A stretch of 59,499 nt of DNA, counting the filler. It is 6 parts of 6 records of this genome, joined end to end, with 100 filler letters (N's around TTAATTAATTAA, not from the genome) between each part and the next. Parts side by side here need not be neighbours in the genome. Positions count along the whole stretch, not along the records: positions 1 to 11,599 come from SRR2962707_4477; 5 more parts are not named here. One strand, given 5' to 3'. Below the pieces are notes generated by a model that worked only from the letters and a program-made list of their open reading frames with translations, was not told where the DNA came from and did not search any database. Both the position numbers and the translations under genes were made by a program. Shown here piece after piece: positions 1 through 11,699 of the stretch. Each line of letters starts with the position of its first letter. Positions within the stretch are counted from its first letter, which is position 1.

Positions 1-52
1 GGGGGGGGGGGGGGGGGGGGGGAGGGAGGTATGTCGTGGAGCGCGAGCTCGT

Positions 53-3000
53 TTACGTGGAACATGCCTTCTTGCTCTTTCGCTTGGCTCGTTCTGCACT
101 CCGAGCCTCCTCTTCTTCGTCCGCAAGCGTCTTTTCGCGCAAGCCGCGACGCCGCCGCCGCTCGCGCCGAGCACGGCGACCACTCAGCGGTGTCAAATCG
201 TCAATGTCATCGTCAATCTGCAAATAAACAGCCACATTCTGTTGTTCATGACAGACATTATCTCAAACAAAGACTGCCTCAAAAGTAATTCGATTGAATA
301 ATACCTTTGGCGATGTTTGCTCATCCACTCCAGAGTGTCGCCCACGCCGGCGGCGTTGGTTGGTCCCAAGTGTCACAGGCTTTACCGCTGCGCCAGACTC
401 GTCGTCACTGTCATTTCCGCGCTTGCTAACTGTCAAACCTTCGCGATGAGCCCCGCCTTCGTACGCCACCTTGCTATCGGTCGCAACGATGCCACCGCCT
501 CCTGACATGACACATTGCAACAGAAAACATCACCTCGCTTACTTTGATCGTTGATTGGGCAACAGCTGATCATACGTTCAAAGCAATTGGCTCACCTTCG
601 GCTCCCTGTCCTTCGCCATCTTGCTCGGCATCCTTGCCTTCTTCTTGCACATGTTGCTGCTTCGCCTCCGGTGCACTCTTCGCGTCAATCTATCACACAA
701 GCAAATCGAATAAACCGGGTGCGAGGCGACGCTATTGTGCGTATTACGGACTATGACGGACTTTGGATGTGCAAATCACACACACCTTTTTTCGCCGTTG
801 CTTCTTCCTATTTCGCAGCACAAGCACAATCACGACGATGATGACCAACAGCAAAACGACCACGACCACAATAATGATGATTATCGTGTTGTCGTCTTCT
901 TGCTGATCCGGCGGGTTGTCGATGTTGAAGTCCGGGTCTTGTGTCGACGTCGAGGTTAGCGCCTGGTTGGTGCTCGTGACGATGACGACACCACGTGAGG
1001 TTGGCGGAATTCGAGCCGTCGTGGGAGTGAATTCAGTGATGATCGACTGCGAACTCACATCTGCAGTGGGACTGCTGGTGGAGGTTCCAGTCTCGCTCGT
1101 CACAACGCTGGTCGGGGCAGAACTTGTCGATGAAATTGTTCCAGCATGCGTCGACAAGGACGAACCACCGCTCGTCGAAACTGTTGCAATAGTTGTTGTG
1201 AAAATGGTTGATGTGGACATTGTGGAAAGCGTCGTCTTCGTCGTGCGAATGGGAGTTGCGACGACACTACTCAAAGGCAGAGTTGTGAGAAGGTCGGCTG
1301 CAGTTGATTCAGAGGACGCGGGTTCAGACTGTGTCGATGGCTGAACGTTTGACTTTGCAGAGGACGTCAGCGACGACTCCGTGCTCACTGCAAGCGAAGT
1401 TATCGACGGTGTGAATGCATCGGATGTGCTCGCAGTGGTCGTGGAGACAACTGTGGTCCAGGTGCCTGTGGTCGTTGTGGAGGTGGTGGTCGATGCAGTT
1501 GCTGTTGCTGTGGTCGTGGACGTGGTCGTCGACATAGTCGTGGACGTGGTCGTCGTTGTCGTGGTCGTCGTTGTTGTGGTTGTCGAAGTTGATGTCGTGC
1601 ACGAACTTTCGTCCACGGCGAATCCCGCGATAAATGGCCTGCGAAAACACCGCGTAAAACCAGAGGTGAGCGCGGGCACCTGTCGGCAAACTACCATCCA
1701 AACGACGAAGAAACAGGCAAAAAACAAACACACAGCAACACATACTGAAATGTTGAGCCATCAGATCCAAACTCCCCGTAAGCTGTTCCATACCACGGGA
1801 ACCGACGAGTCTCGTCCGTTGTGACTCCGTCATCCTCGAAAGTGAACACCATAATGGCGAGATCCATCGTGCTGCTGACGGCGCCTACATTTGCAGAATA
1901 CAATCGTGCAACCATTGGCTCATTTTACCGATTGGTCATCAACTTGATACCAGGCTCAGCACCAAACAGTTGTGGCAGACCTTGAGACAATGTAAATGCA
2001 ACGGAAAAGACGCCATTTTCGTCTGGCGCGGCGAGTTGAAGCACAACGCCATCTGCGTGGTCTTCGACCACGGCACCACCAGCGGCCGTATCCACGACGA
2101 GTGAGCTTTCCGACCAGCCACCAATCTGCAGGAAAGTAACATTGCAAAAGTGAGAACTGAAAGTGGTCGCAGGTGAACAATGTTTTCTTGGCATCCATTG
2201 AGCAACGCAGAAACACACCTGAACAAGTACAGATGTGGTGGCCCCATTGACAACCGCGAGGCCTCCATCCGTCAGCAAGCGGGCTGAGAACAAGAAGTCG
2301 CAACCATTCTGCACCATCTTGGGGCCCGATTCGGACGAGTCGTCGAGGAAACGGTACTTTCTTGCAATGGTGAACTGCAGGAAAAGCGCATCGATGATGT
2401 CCACCTTGCTATTGTAGTCGACATCCATTGCCGCAAACGACACATCAGGGTAGCTGGCTGAGTTTGAAATGTACCTGCACAGCAGAAGCATGTGGCGGTC
2501 GGAATTCTTTTGATGTATCAATCAAGCAACTGAAGAACATCATGGCCACGGAGACAGCAACGCGAACCGTACCGCATTATGAGCGCCAAGTCAGAAATCG
2601 TTATGCCGCAATCTTCGGTAACATCCCCAACCGCATCGCAATTGTTCTGCAATGATCGCCGCCGCGCCTGCGAGGGAGCAAACTGGGCTTTAAATACCGT
2701 TGTTGGGGCCGCTTCATACTCGTTTTGAAACGCAGCACGCAGGCCACGACGCAGACGGGACGAGTCGCCCACAACAACGGCGCCATTTCCAGCAACTCCC
2801 ACTGCATCACTAGCCAAAACTGTGTCCAAATTGGACCCAGCTTCTGAGCCCAAAAGCTCAACAATTTCAACAAAAATTTCGCAGGCACCGGCACCAACAG
2901 CTTCGAACTGAAGACTAGAAATATGAAGGTATCTGGCAGCACACAAATCAGTGTCAGTTAGAGTCCTATTCTACAGCACAAAGGCACAAAGGTTGGTGTG

Positions 3001-6000
3001 CTGGCACACCACTTTTACGAGGTTGTGAGCACGAACCCGCCCGAAACCGTCGAGTCCGTGGCCACCGAACTCAGCAAAACAGCGTTCGATGGGCTTCCAT
3101 AAGTATACACAACAGACTCGTCCCAGTCATCGCCTGTCGACTCCCCGTCCTTCACCGCAACAATCACCGACGTGTTAAAATATACAGCAAGTTGGAAGCC
3201 GGTCAAATAGAAATCTCCTGAATTCACGACAACATCGACCTAGAGTCATTGCACAAAGAACACCGAATGTGGTTGGTTTGATGAAGAAACACGCTTGCTT
3301 CAGCGTAATTGCCAGTCCAATGCTCTTTGACCAAGCACTCACCGTAAACTTGTCCCCAACAGCTTTTCGTGGGAACTGACTGCTTGACTTCTTGCCAAGA
3401 TCCACATCGTAAAGCGAAGGAACTAGGTTCACCGTTAAGTCCACGCTGTCCAATAGCCCGCTATCTAAGCTCGAAAAGGCGCTGATAGTCACTGTAAAAG
3501 AACCAGCCGTGTTCAGGAGAGCGGTCAACACACCTTCAGCATCAACGTCCAATGTGCTTGCCCTGCTCGTATCAAAGACGAGATAATCCGAATATGACAC
3601 AAAAGTTATTCCCTTGAGGTCACCAAGTGTTGTGCCATCGTCGAAGTCTGCGCTGACCACCATAGCTGTTGAAGCACCAGACACAGTCCGGACTGTGGAC
3701 GTTGGGCTAGTGACAGTAACATCAACAACAACAGTTGCTGCTTCAACCACAGATATAGAGATGTGTGTCTGAGCACCAAACCAATCGACTGCCACCGTTG
3801 CATCTCCGGCTCCAACGCCCGTAATCGCTGCAGTCTCAAGGCTTCCATCAGAAATCTCGCACTCACTGGCACCTTCCGAGCGGCAATGGTCCCCGACTGT
3901 TTCAGATGCTGAAATTAGGGTGTCCGTAGAACTCAAAGTCACTACGACATCCGAGTCTACATCGATTATTTTTTGAGTAAGCTCTTTGGAGACTGCTGTT
4001 AACTTCAATTTCAGCCGTTGAAATGGACCTTCCAGTGTTTGGATGCGTCGAATCGTTGTCTTGCCACTGCATTCCGTTGCAGCACAAGCTGGATATGCAT
4101 CAGCAGACAACTGGAGTGCATCAAACACGTCCACGACGAGCATGGCATTGCCAGTTACGTTCGTTCCAGCAAACGCAGCTGTTATGGTAATGGATTGACT
4201 GGTAACAGGCAGTTTGGCAACAATCACAACACACAACAACACTCAGAATACAAATGCTGATGTTGGAGTTCGCGCAATCAGTAACCATGTTCGCCATGCC
4301 CCACATCAAATGATGCCCGCACCTGTCACTGAGGCCCAGACTCTCAAAAGTGCTCAGGTCAGCAGAGTGTGACAGCTGCAATACCCCATCAGCAGAAAAA
4401 GCCAGATCCAATCGATCGTCGAAGGTGAAATCGCGCGTTGAGCCATCAGCAAACGTGCCTGTAGTAAGGTCGAGCAAAATTGTGGGGGCGAATTTCTCAA
4501 ATAACGCACAACTGGGCAAAACCCTGCGAGCCAAGCAAGCTTGCGACTTCGACCCAACAAATGAAGCAACCTACCTTCAACAGTCAAACGTGACGAAACT
4601 GGTATCCCCATTGCTGCAGCAAGGTCATCAGCTGGGGCAATGACATTCTTTGACAAGCTCACGGTGAGCTTCGAAATCGCCGGGAGAGAGACTTGCACCC
4701 ACGGGGTTGTCGAAACAGCTACAAATCCGGTTGTTGGACACCCGGCATTCCACGCCACTTTCAAAATGTCAACGCCTTCGATCGAGCTTCCAGCTACAGG
4801 CACACCCACGACCGGGGGGGCATTCCATGTTCCATTACTGAGTGTGGCGAGCGAATCAGGTTTCCAAGACACAACCGACAAGCCTTCAGACACAAACACG
4901 CTAGTCCCATCGCCGAAATCTACGTAAGCAAATACGGAGGCTGTGTCGCCCTCCGCCGTCAAAGACAAGGATGCTGCAGCCGACGCATCCATCGCTGGGG
5001 ATAGGCCAGTGTACCTGCCAACGATGCAAACAACACGCAAAACTCGCATGAGGATGAGGATGAGACACAATCGGAACTTTTGGTTGCGCGCCACCAGCAA
5101 ATAAACTTACGAAGTGAGGTCCTTTGGCACTGACAGAATCTCCACCGTGTTTAGGATAGTGGCGATGAGTTGACGCGTCACCACAACGGAGTCGACCACA
5201 ACAAACTGGACACTCGCAAGTTCTCCGTAACCAACAGAGACGGTGGCGGGCGAGGCGTCTGGGGTTGTACCCTGGGCAATCGCAAACATGCCGTAGGCAA
5301 ATGTATCCACTCGGATGTACCGTTCGCTCTGTGCTGACGGAACGTAAAACTCAGCAATGTTTGTGACATCAACACGGTCGGACTCCTTCAGCCCTGTTGA
5401 AGACTTCAGCCCCAACAGTGCAGTCGCACGCAACTCTGAGCGCTGATACGTAAAGTTCGAAACGGTGCCGGTGGTGGCCTTGCACGCCGCAGCCTGATCC
5501 ACAGTGAGGATTCGCTCCAGCGTCGTGTCTGAGGCGGTTATTTGCAGAGAGAACGGGTGCCAGACACGGAATCGAACCAATTGACTGAAGCCCAGATGGG
5601 TGACATTCACTGCGACATCCCCGCCAAACGTTGCAGTTGGGAGGACACTGACAGCACAGCCGCTACTAAAACGAGTTTCGATAATTGTCTCCGCGTTACC
5701 GTAGCTCGCTAAACCGCATACGACTGTGGTCGAGGCAGCAGTCGTTGACTCAGCGGATTCAAAGCAGCCACCAGCACCATCGGTGTGGCACGAAAAAATG
5801 CTTTTGACATTTACGACTGATTTCTGCTCAGATTGGCTCGAGCGACGGAGCACGGCAGTATTCAGAAACTCCAGCTCCGCAGCATTTTGAACATACGGCT
5901 GCACTCCCACAACTTCCTGATTGGCAACGTCGACCAAACCAGTATCTCGGAGCCCAACACGCGATCGGACAAGGCCAGAAAATCCAGGCTTCTCGATGTT

Positions 6001-9000
6001 GGCTGTGGAGACGACTTGCTGCACAATCAAGTCGTGCGAATTTGCAATCGTTGCATTACGCGAAAGGAAATTGCTGGATATTTTAAAGATCAGATTGGCA
6101 ACTGTGAGCTCGCGGCCTCGCACCTCACTGAGATCTGTGACGCTGCTCAGTATGGTCGCAGCGCACCTGGTGAAGGACGAGTTGACCGAAGCACATTCAA
6201 GCTTAAACAGTGAGGAAGAAGCTTCTTGGAATGTGATCTCGGCGTTTGTTGTGATGCCAACAATCCATCCACCGAGACTGAAAAAACTACCACGGGAAAG
6301 TAACTCTTCCGTGCTGACCACGAGAGGTGCTGCAAACGCCTTGCCTGGTAAAATGGGAAATGTGGGAAGACGGAGAACAAACTGACCGGGCGACACATCG
6401 CCAGAAAAATGCGGGGGGACTTGGGCAAGAATGATGCTCACATCATTTGACACGAGCGGCGCAACAGAGTCATCTGTGGTGGCCTCGAGTGAAATTTCGA
6501 CAGGCCCAGTGCTGGAAAACCAGTCAGAGAATTCCGAGGCGGCGTCGACGACGCATTCCAGCCCCCGTGCGGCGGTAAAGTCGCCGCCATCGGCACAATG
6601 AAGAAACAGAGTGTCTCCGCTTGCGGGATTGGACGCCACGAGGACGACTGTTGGGAAACTAGGAATGCCGAAGCCAGGCCCAGAAACCCAAATTCGAGTC
6701 ACAAGCGTGGCGCTGTCAGCATACAGAACTGGAGTCCGCACGATTTGCTGCAAGTGGGTCAATGCTGTGGATGCCATCTGCACGGGAGAAGACGGCATCT
6801 CCGCATACCACCCTTTGAGAGATGCGGAGAAACTTACGGCCGTTCGGTGGGGGGTCGTGACCATCTTTTGCTGCCTTGATGAAATGCGGGCAGGACTCAT
6901 GGATGTGATTTGACCACCCATGTTGTCGAGGTTGCGGAAATCACCGTCCCATAACGAGTAAGCAGCTCCCACAGGATCAATCTGTAGAAAGGATCGATTT
7001 TGCAACGGGCGGAAGGCGCCAACGTCGATTGCGGCGGTTCCATTGAACGTTTGCCGCAAACAAGGGGCCCAGCTGACAGACACAATGTCATTTGAGGTGG
7101 CATGGATGAAGGCACCCTCCGAAATGGACAACATTCCCGCAACGCCATTCTGTGGCTGAGCAAACACAAGATCAGCTGCCGAGCTCGATAACACGAGGTT
7201 GTTGGGAGACAGGTACACGTTTCCCGGGCCAGACCAAAGCGACGACGGGCCAATCGGATTGGACATTCCATCCGAGAATTGAGCGAAAGCGTACACACCA
7301 GCTTCTCGATGTTCTGCGTCCAACTCGTGGAAAGCAAAAGCAGTGATGTTGCCAACGATTGCATCATCGTTTTCGGAACCGCGTGCTTGAATAATCTCCC
7401 CAGCAATTGAAAGTCTATTTACAACGGCAGCACTTACAAGGGTCACGGACACGGCATCGTCGGTCGCCTGGACCAGTGTTGCACGATCGCAACCGGGAAA
7501 GCAGGTCACTGAAACAGCCCCAGGCTCCTGGACCATCAACAATGACCCCTCAAAAAAGGCATTTTGCACAACGCTCTCAGAGGAGACATTGAACGTCACG
7601 AGTGGAGAGATATCTACCCCGTCGATGCGAGCCACAACCGTGTTCCGGGTAGAGACTAAGCCCCGCGATGACGCTGGATCCAAGTCCATCTCCTCGGCCA
7701 GAAAACGATCCCGACGGCTTAGCCGAGTGCCGCCACGACTCGCCGTTGTTCGCCCACCACCTCTGCCTGCTGCTGTTGTTGTTAATCTCGGCGACTCAGT
7801 TGTGTATGGCAGGCATGCTCCAGTGCGATCGCGCGCGTTCGTCGGATTGTACGGGCACACGTCCACATTCCCGCACAGCAAGTCTCCGTCTGCATCGTTT
7901 TCTGCATCGTAGGCACAACTGTCATCAAGCCGACACAGCCCATCTTGATCAGCATCATTCTCTCCATCATACGGACAAGAATCCTCGTCGGCGCACAGCA
8001 TATCGACATCAATGTCATTATCACCATCGGACGGACAGGAATCGGAACTTGAACAGATGTCATCACTGTCTTCGTCAACATCACCTGGGCAGAAGTCTAA
8101 GTCGCCACACACACCGTCGAGATCGATGTCATTTTCTGCATCATGAGGGCACGAATCGATGTTCGCACAGAGCAGATCGGCGTCTGAGTCATTTTCTCCG
8201 TCAATTGGGCAAGAATCCACCCCTGTGCAAATTCCGTCGCGGTCCGCATCGTTTTCCCCATCGTACGGGCACTGGTCGTCCGGGGCACATATCATATCTG
8301 CATCTGCATCGTTTTCCCCATCATACGGACAGGAGTCGACATCGCGACACAAGTCGTCCGCGTCCGAGTCATTTTCCCCATCGAGAGGACACGAATCCTC
8401 ATCGTTCAGGATCCCGTCGAAGTCAATGTCCACTGACGGCGTGGTACTTGGCGCATCACACGCCTTGCAAATGTTAGATTGTCCGCCCGTCGTCTGTTCC
8501 GTGCTCGTGAGTGCAAAGTTGAATTTCAGTGCGCCACCGGACAAATGGTAGCACCCTGCAACCCGTGTCAATTTGTCAAGAACACCTGCCTTTGTGTCCG
8601 ACAGTCCAACAAACGCCGCGGCTGATTCGCATTCCTCTGCCGTTTCAATTGTACAAAAACCATAGTAATCGTTGCACGTGCCAACCCCAACGAACGCCTC
8701 GTAGTAAGGTGCGTCTGTTGATTCATGAGTAGCAGCAAGTGTTGTTGTGGTGCGGCGATTTTCGGACGTTGTGGTGCCCACACTGGTTGTGGTCCTTCCG
8801 GTCCGTATGGGGAGTGTTGTGGTGCGAGCTGTCGTCGTGGTGCGGCGTGTGGGCGCTGGTGCACCCGCGGGTTTCAGATCTTCCCGCTGCGGTGTTGGCG
8901 CAACTGGGTCTCTAGCTGGCGCTGGGGCAGGCAACCCTCCATGCTGGTCGCTTCCATCATCAGCAGCAGGCTCGCCACTGCGCAAGGGACTCGGATGATG

Positions 9001-11599
9001 CTGTCGCAGGGGAGGCAGCGAAGGTGCTGGTGCTCGGAAAGGGCTTGGTTGTGGTGTTTGGCGCACGGGCGTTGGCGCATGTTGCCGAGGTCCTGGTTCC
9101 CCTGCTCGTAGCGGCGTTGGGGCCATCTCTCGGGGGGCTGGCACGAGAGCCCGCGGCGCTGGCACAAAGGTTGGGCGTCCTGTTGTTGTGACACGTGGCC
9201 GTGTTGTGGTCGTACCACGACCAGGCGCCGGTACTCGTCCCCGTGGTGCCGGAGCGGGAACGACAGGACGCCGTGGCGCTGGTGCAGGTGCTCGTCGAGC
9301 TGGCGCTGGTCGAGCGCTCGGCGACGGAGTACGACCATTGGACGTTCCACCGCCAGGAGTTCGACCGTTGCTGTCATCATCGGGTGCAGGAGTTCGACCC
9401 CGTGGAGCAGGGGCCTTGACAAAGCATGTGGATCCGGGTCGGAAATTATCGGGGTCAAAAGGGCACGCGTCTGTGTCGGAGCAAACCATGTCGCTGTCAA
9501 CATCGTTGAGAGCGTCATCCAAGCACGAATCCAAGTTGTCACAAATACCATCGCTATCGTTATCATTGCCAGAAAAATAAGGACAAGGATCAACGCCTGC
9601 ACAAAGGTTGTCTTGGTCCGCATCGTTCTCTCCATCGTAAGGACAAGTATCAATCGGAAAGCAAATGCCATCATTGTCAAAATCATTGTTTGGATCGTAC
9701 GGGCATTCATCAACGTTTGCGCAAATCAAGTCACCGTCCGTATCGTTTTCACCATCATAAGGGCAACTGTCCATGTTTCCACAAATGCTGTCTGCATCAA
9801 TATCGTTCTCTCCGTCGTACGGGCACTCATCAACGTTTCCACACTGTTGGTCACCGTCAGCATCGTTCTCTGCATCATACGGACATGTGTCGGCATTCGC
9901 GCAGAAGCCGTCACCGTCAATGTCATTTTCTCCGTCATATGGGCAGGTGTCGTCAGGGGCACACACCAGGTCTGCATCTGCGTCGTTTTCACCGTCGTAA
10001 GGACAGGAGTCAGTGTCAGCACACACAAAGTCACCATCGGCGTCGTTTTCACTGTCCCGCGGGCAGGAGTCCGTGTTACCACAAACCTGGTCGGCATCTA
10101 CGTCATTTTCGGCATCGTATGGACAAGAATCAATGTTCGCGCACACGCTGTCATTATCAGCATCATTTTCCCCGTCATAAACGCACGAATCCTTGTCGCC
10201 ACACACAAAATCCCCGTCTACATCATTTTCACCGTCATAAGGGCAGGAATCGGCATCGCTGCAGGTGTCGTCTCCATCGGCATCGTTTTCGGGATCACTG
10301 GCACATGAATCGTTGCTTGTGCACAGGCCATCGCTATCTGCGTCGTCAACGAAGTCGTATGGACACACATCATCAGGAAAACAAACTCTGTCCGCATCAG
10401 CATCATTCTCGCCATCAGCAGGACATGAGTCCACATCCATGCACGCGTCGTCCCCATCTTTATCATTTTCCGCATCGTGCGGGCAGGAGTCATCCGCAAG
10501 GCACAAATTGTCGTTGTCGACGTCGTTTTCTGCATCGAAAGGGCATGTGTCGTCGCTGCGACAGATCCCATCAGCATCTGCATCGTTTTCACCATCATCA
10601 GGACAAGAGTCAACGTCGCTGCACAGCAAATCACTGTCAGCGTCGTTGAAAAAGTCAAGCGGGCAACTGTCCACGTCCCCACAAACTTCATCACTGTCTG
10701 CATCGTTATTTGCATCGTATGGACACACGTCGATATTTTTGCAAATAGCATCCCCATCTGCGTCATTCTCGCCATCTGCAGGGCAACTATCAACGTTTCC
10801 ACAAAGCAGGTCTGAATCGAGGTCGTTGGCAGCGTCGTCCGGACAACTGTCGTGGTTAGTGCACACGTTGTCTGAGTCATGATCGTCAAGGGCATGGTTC
10901 GGACAAGAGTCGATATCGCCACACGTGTTGTCACCGTCGATGTCGTTAAACAAGTCATATGGGCAAGAATCCTGCTGAAAGCACAGGTTGTCACTGTCGT
11001 GATCATTCCCTGGGTCCAAAGGACAACTGTCTAAATTGCCGCAGATGCCGTCTTTGTCTGCGTCGTTTTCTGCATCGTAGGGACAAACGTCCTTGTCTGC
11101 GCAGAGTCCATCCCCATCGCTGTCGTTCTCTCCGTCGAGTGGACAAGAATCGGCGTCGCGACAAAGAAAGTCGCTATCGGCATCATTATTCAAGTCAAAT
11201 GGGCAGCTATCGACGTCGCCACAGAGTCTATCATCGTCAAAGTCATTGGCGATATCGTTGGGGCAAGAGTCGTCTGGGCCACACAGCCCGTCATTGTCCG
11301 CGTCATTGTCAGGGTCCACTGGGCAAGAGTCTTCATCTGCACAGAGACTGTCGCTGTCGACGTCGTTTTCACGGTCAGTTGGGCAACTGTCAATCGGGGC
11401 GCACATGCCGTCGCCATCGGCGTCGTTTTCGACGTCGTTTGGACATGAATCTGCATTACCACACACACCGTCGCCGTCAGTGTCGTTCTCGGGATCAAAC
11501 GGGCAGGAGTCGACCTCACTGCAAAGTCCGTCGTTGTCGGCGTCGTTCTCCCCATCGTTGCCACAACTGTCCTCATCTCCACAGAGCATATCGCTGTCA
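53..11599 (-). CDS. Giant intron-containing eukaryotic type-I membrane protein (TSP3-like repeats, TMEM132-like/cohesin, dockerin, mucin stalk, TM); 5'-truncated
   Basis: Hand-spliced exons, minus strand: 11599-5111, 5014-4575, 4458-4323, 4198-3343, 3239-3037, 2932-2573, 2474-2219, 2125-1981, 1884-1746, 1638-786, 689-596, 501-305, 217-53. All 12 introns are GT..AG, 87-124 nt, and phases match at every junction (about 10.3 kb CDS, about 3,440 aa). Donors at 3036 and 1980 have in-phase alternatives. The last exon end is uncertain. Confidence 0.85.
816..884 (-). other. Transmembrane helix followed by basic stop-transfer sequence
   Basis: IIIIIVVVVVLLLVIIVVIVLVL then RNRKKQRRKK. Confidence 0.9.
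940..1600 (-). repeat. Thr/Ser-rich mucin-like stalk with poly-Thr (ACN)n tract
   Basis: TTSTSTTTTTTTTTTTTTSTTMSTTT... in ORF 744..1733. Confidence 0.85.
2368..2640 (-). other. Dockerin-like duplicated Ca-binding loop-helix domain, split by intron 2475-2572
   Basis: Spliced GDVTEDCGITISDLALIMRYI...MDVDYNSKVDIIDALFLQ gives two copies of the dockerin DxxxDxxxxxxD-helix motif. Confidence 0.75.
2856..3370 (-). other. Second cohesin-like domain, spanning 2 introns
   Basis: Spliced sequence VGDKFTVDVVVNSGDFYLTGFQLAVYFNTSVI...YLHISSLQFEAVGAG fits the cohesin strand pattern. Confidence 0.65.
5111..6400 (-). other. TMEM132-like cohesin plus Ig-like (BIG) region of the giant protein
   Basis: LPTFPILPGKAFAAPLVV (cohesin-like start); VNVTHLGFSQLVRFRVWHPFSLQITASDTTLERI...YQRSELRA...RVDVT resembles recalled TMEM132 motifs (VWxP..LQIxxSDxxLxxI..YQ). 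Confidence 0.6.
7840..8430 (-). repeat. Coding tandem repeat block 2: about 10 TSP3-like 20-aa repeats
   Basis: Same unit, from DIDFDGILNDEDSCP to CGNVDVCPYNP; one unit is shortened. Confidence 0.85.
9424..11599 (-). repeat. Coding tandem repeat block 1: at least 36 x 60 bp (20 aa) thrombospondin type-3-like Ca-binding repeats
   Basis: Unit CxxxDxCPxDxENDxDxDxx counted 36 times without indels in ORF 5107..11589; runs off the contig end. Confidence 0.9.
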
Positions 11600-11699
11600 N
11601 NNNNNNNNNNNNNNNNNNNNNNNNNNNNNNNNNNNNNNNNNNNTTAATTAATTAANNNNNNNNNNNNNNNNNNNNNNNNNNNNNNNNNNNNNNNNNNNN
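11600..11699. other. Artificial contig linker
   Basis: N44-TTAATTAATTAA-N44; gene content changes abruptly across it. Confidence 0.98.

Noticed and set aside
1-22. Poly-G run
   Set aside because: Contig-end homopolymer, typical of a two-colour sequencing artefact; no function can be supported.
455-475. KVAY in the cytoplasmic tail as the TMEM132 PP1-docking RVxF motif
   Set aside because: Only a degenerate four-residue match, not distinguishable from chance.
744-5100. Minus-strand ORFs as separate small genes, or as a frameshifted pseudogene
   Set aside because: They join in phase through canonical GT-AG introns into a single CDS.
9424-11599. 60-bp periodicity as a CRISPR array
   Set aside because: There is no invariant repeat with unique spacers; variation follows codon positions of a protein repeat, and no cas genes are present.
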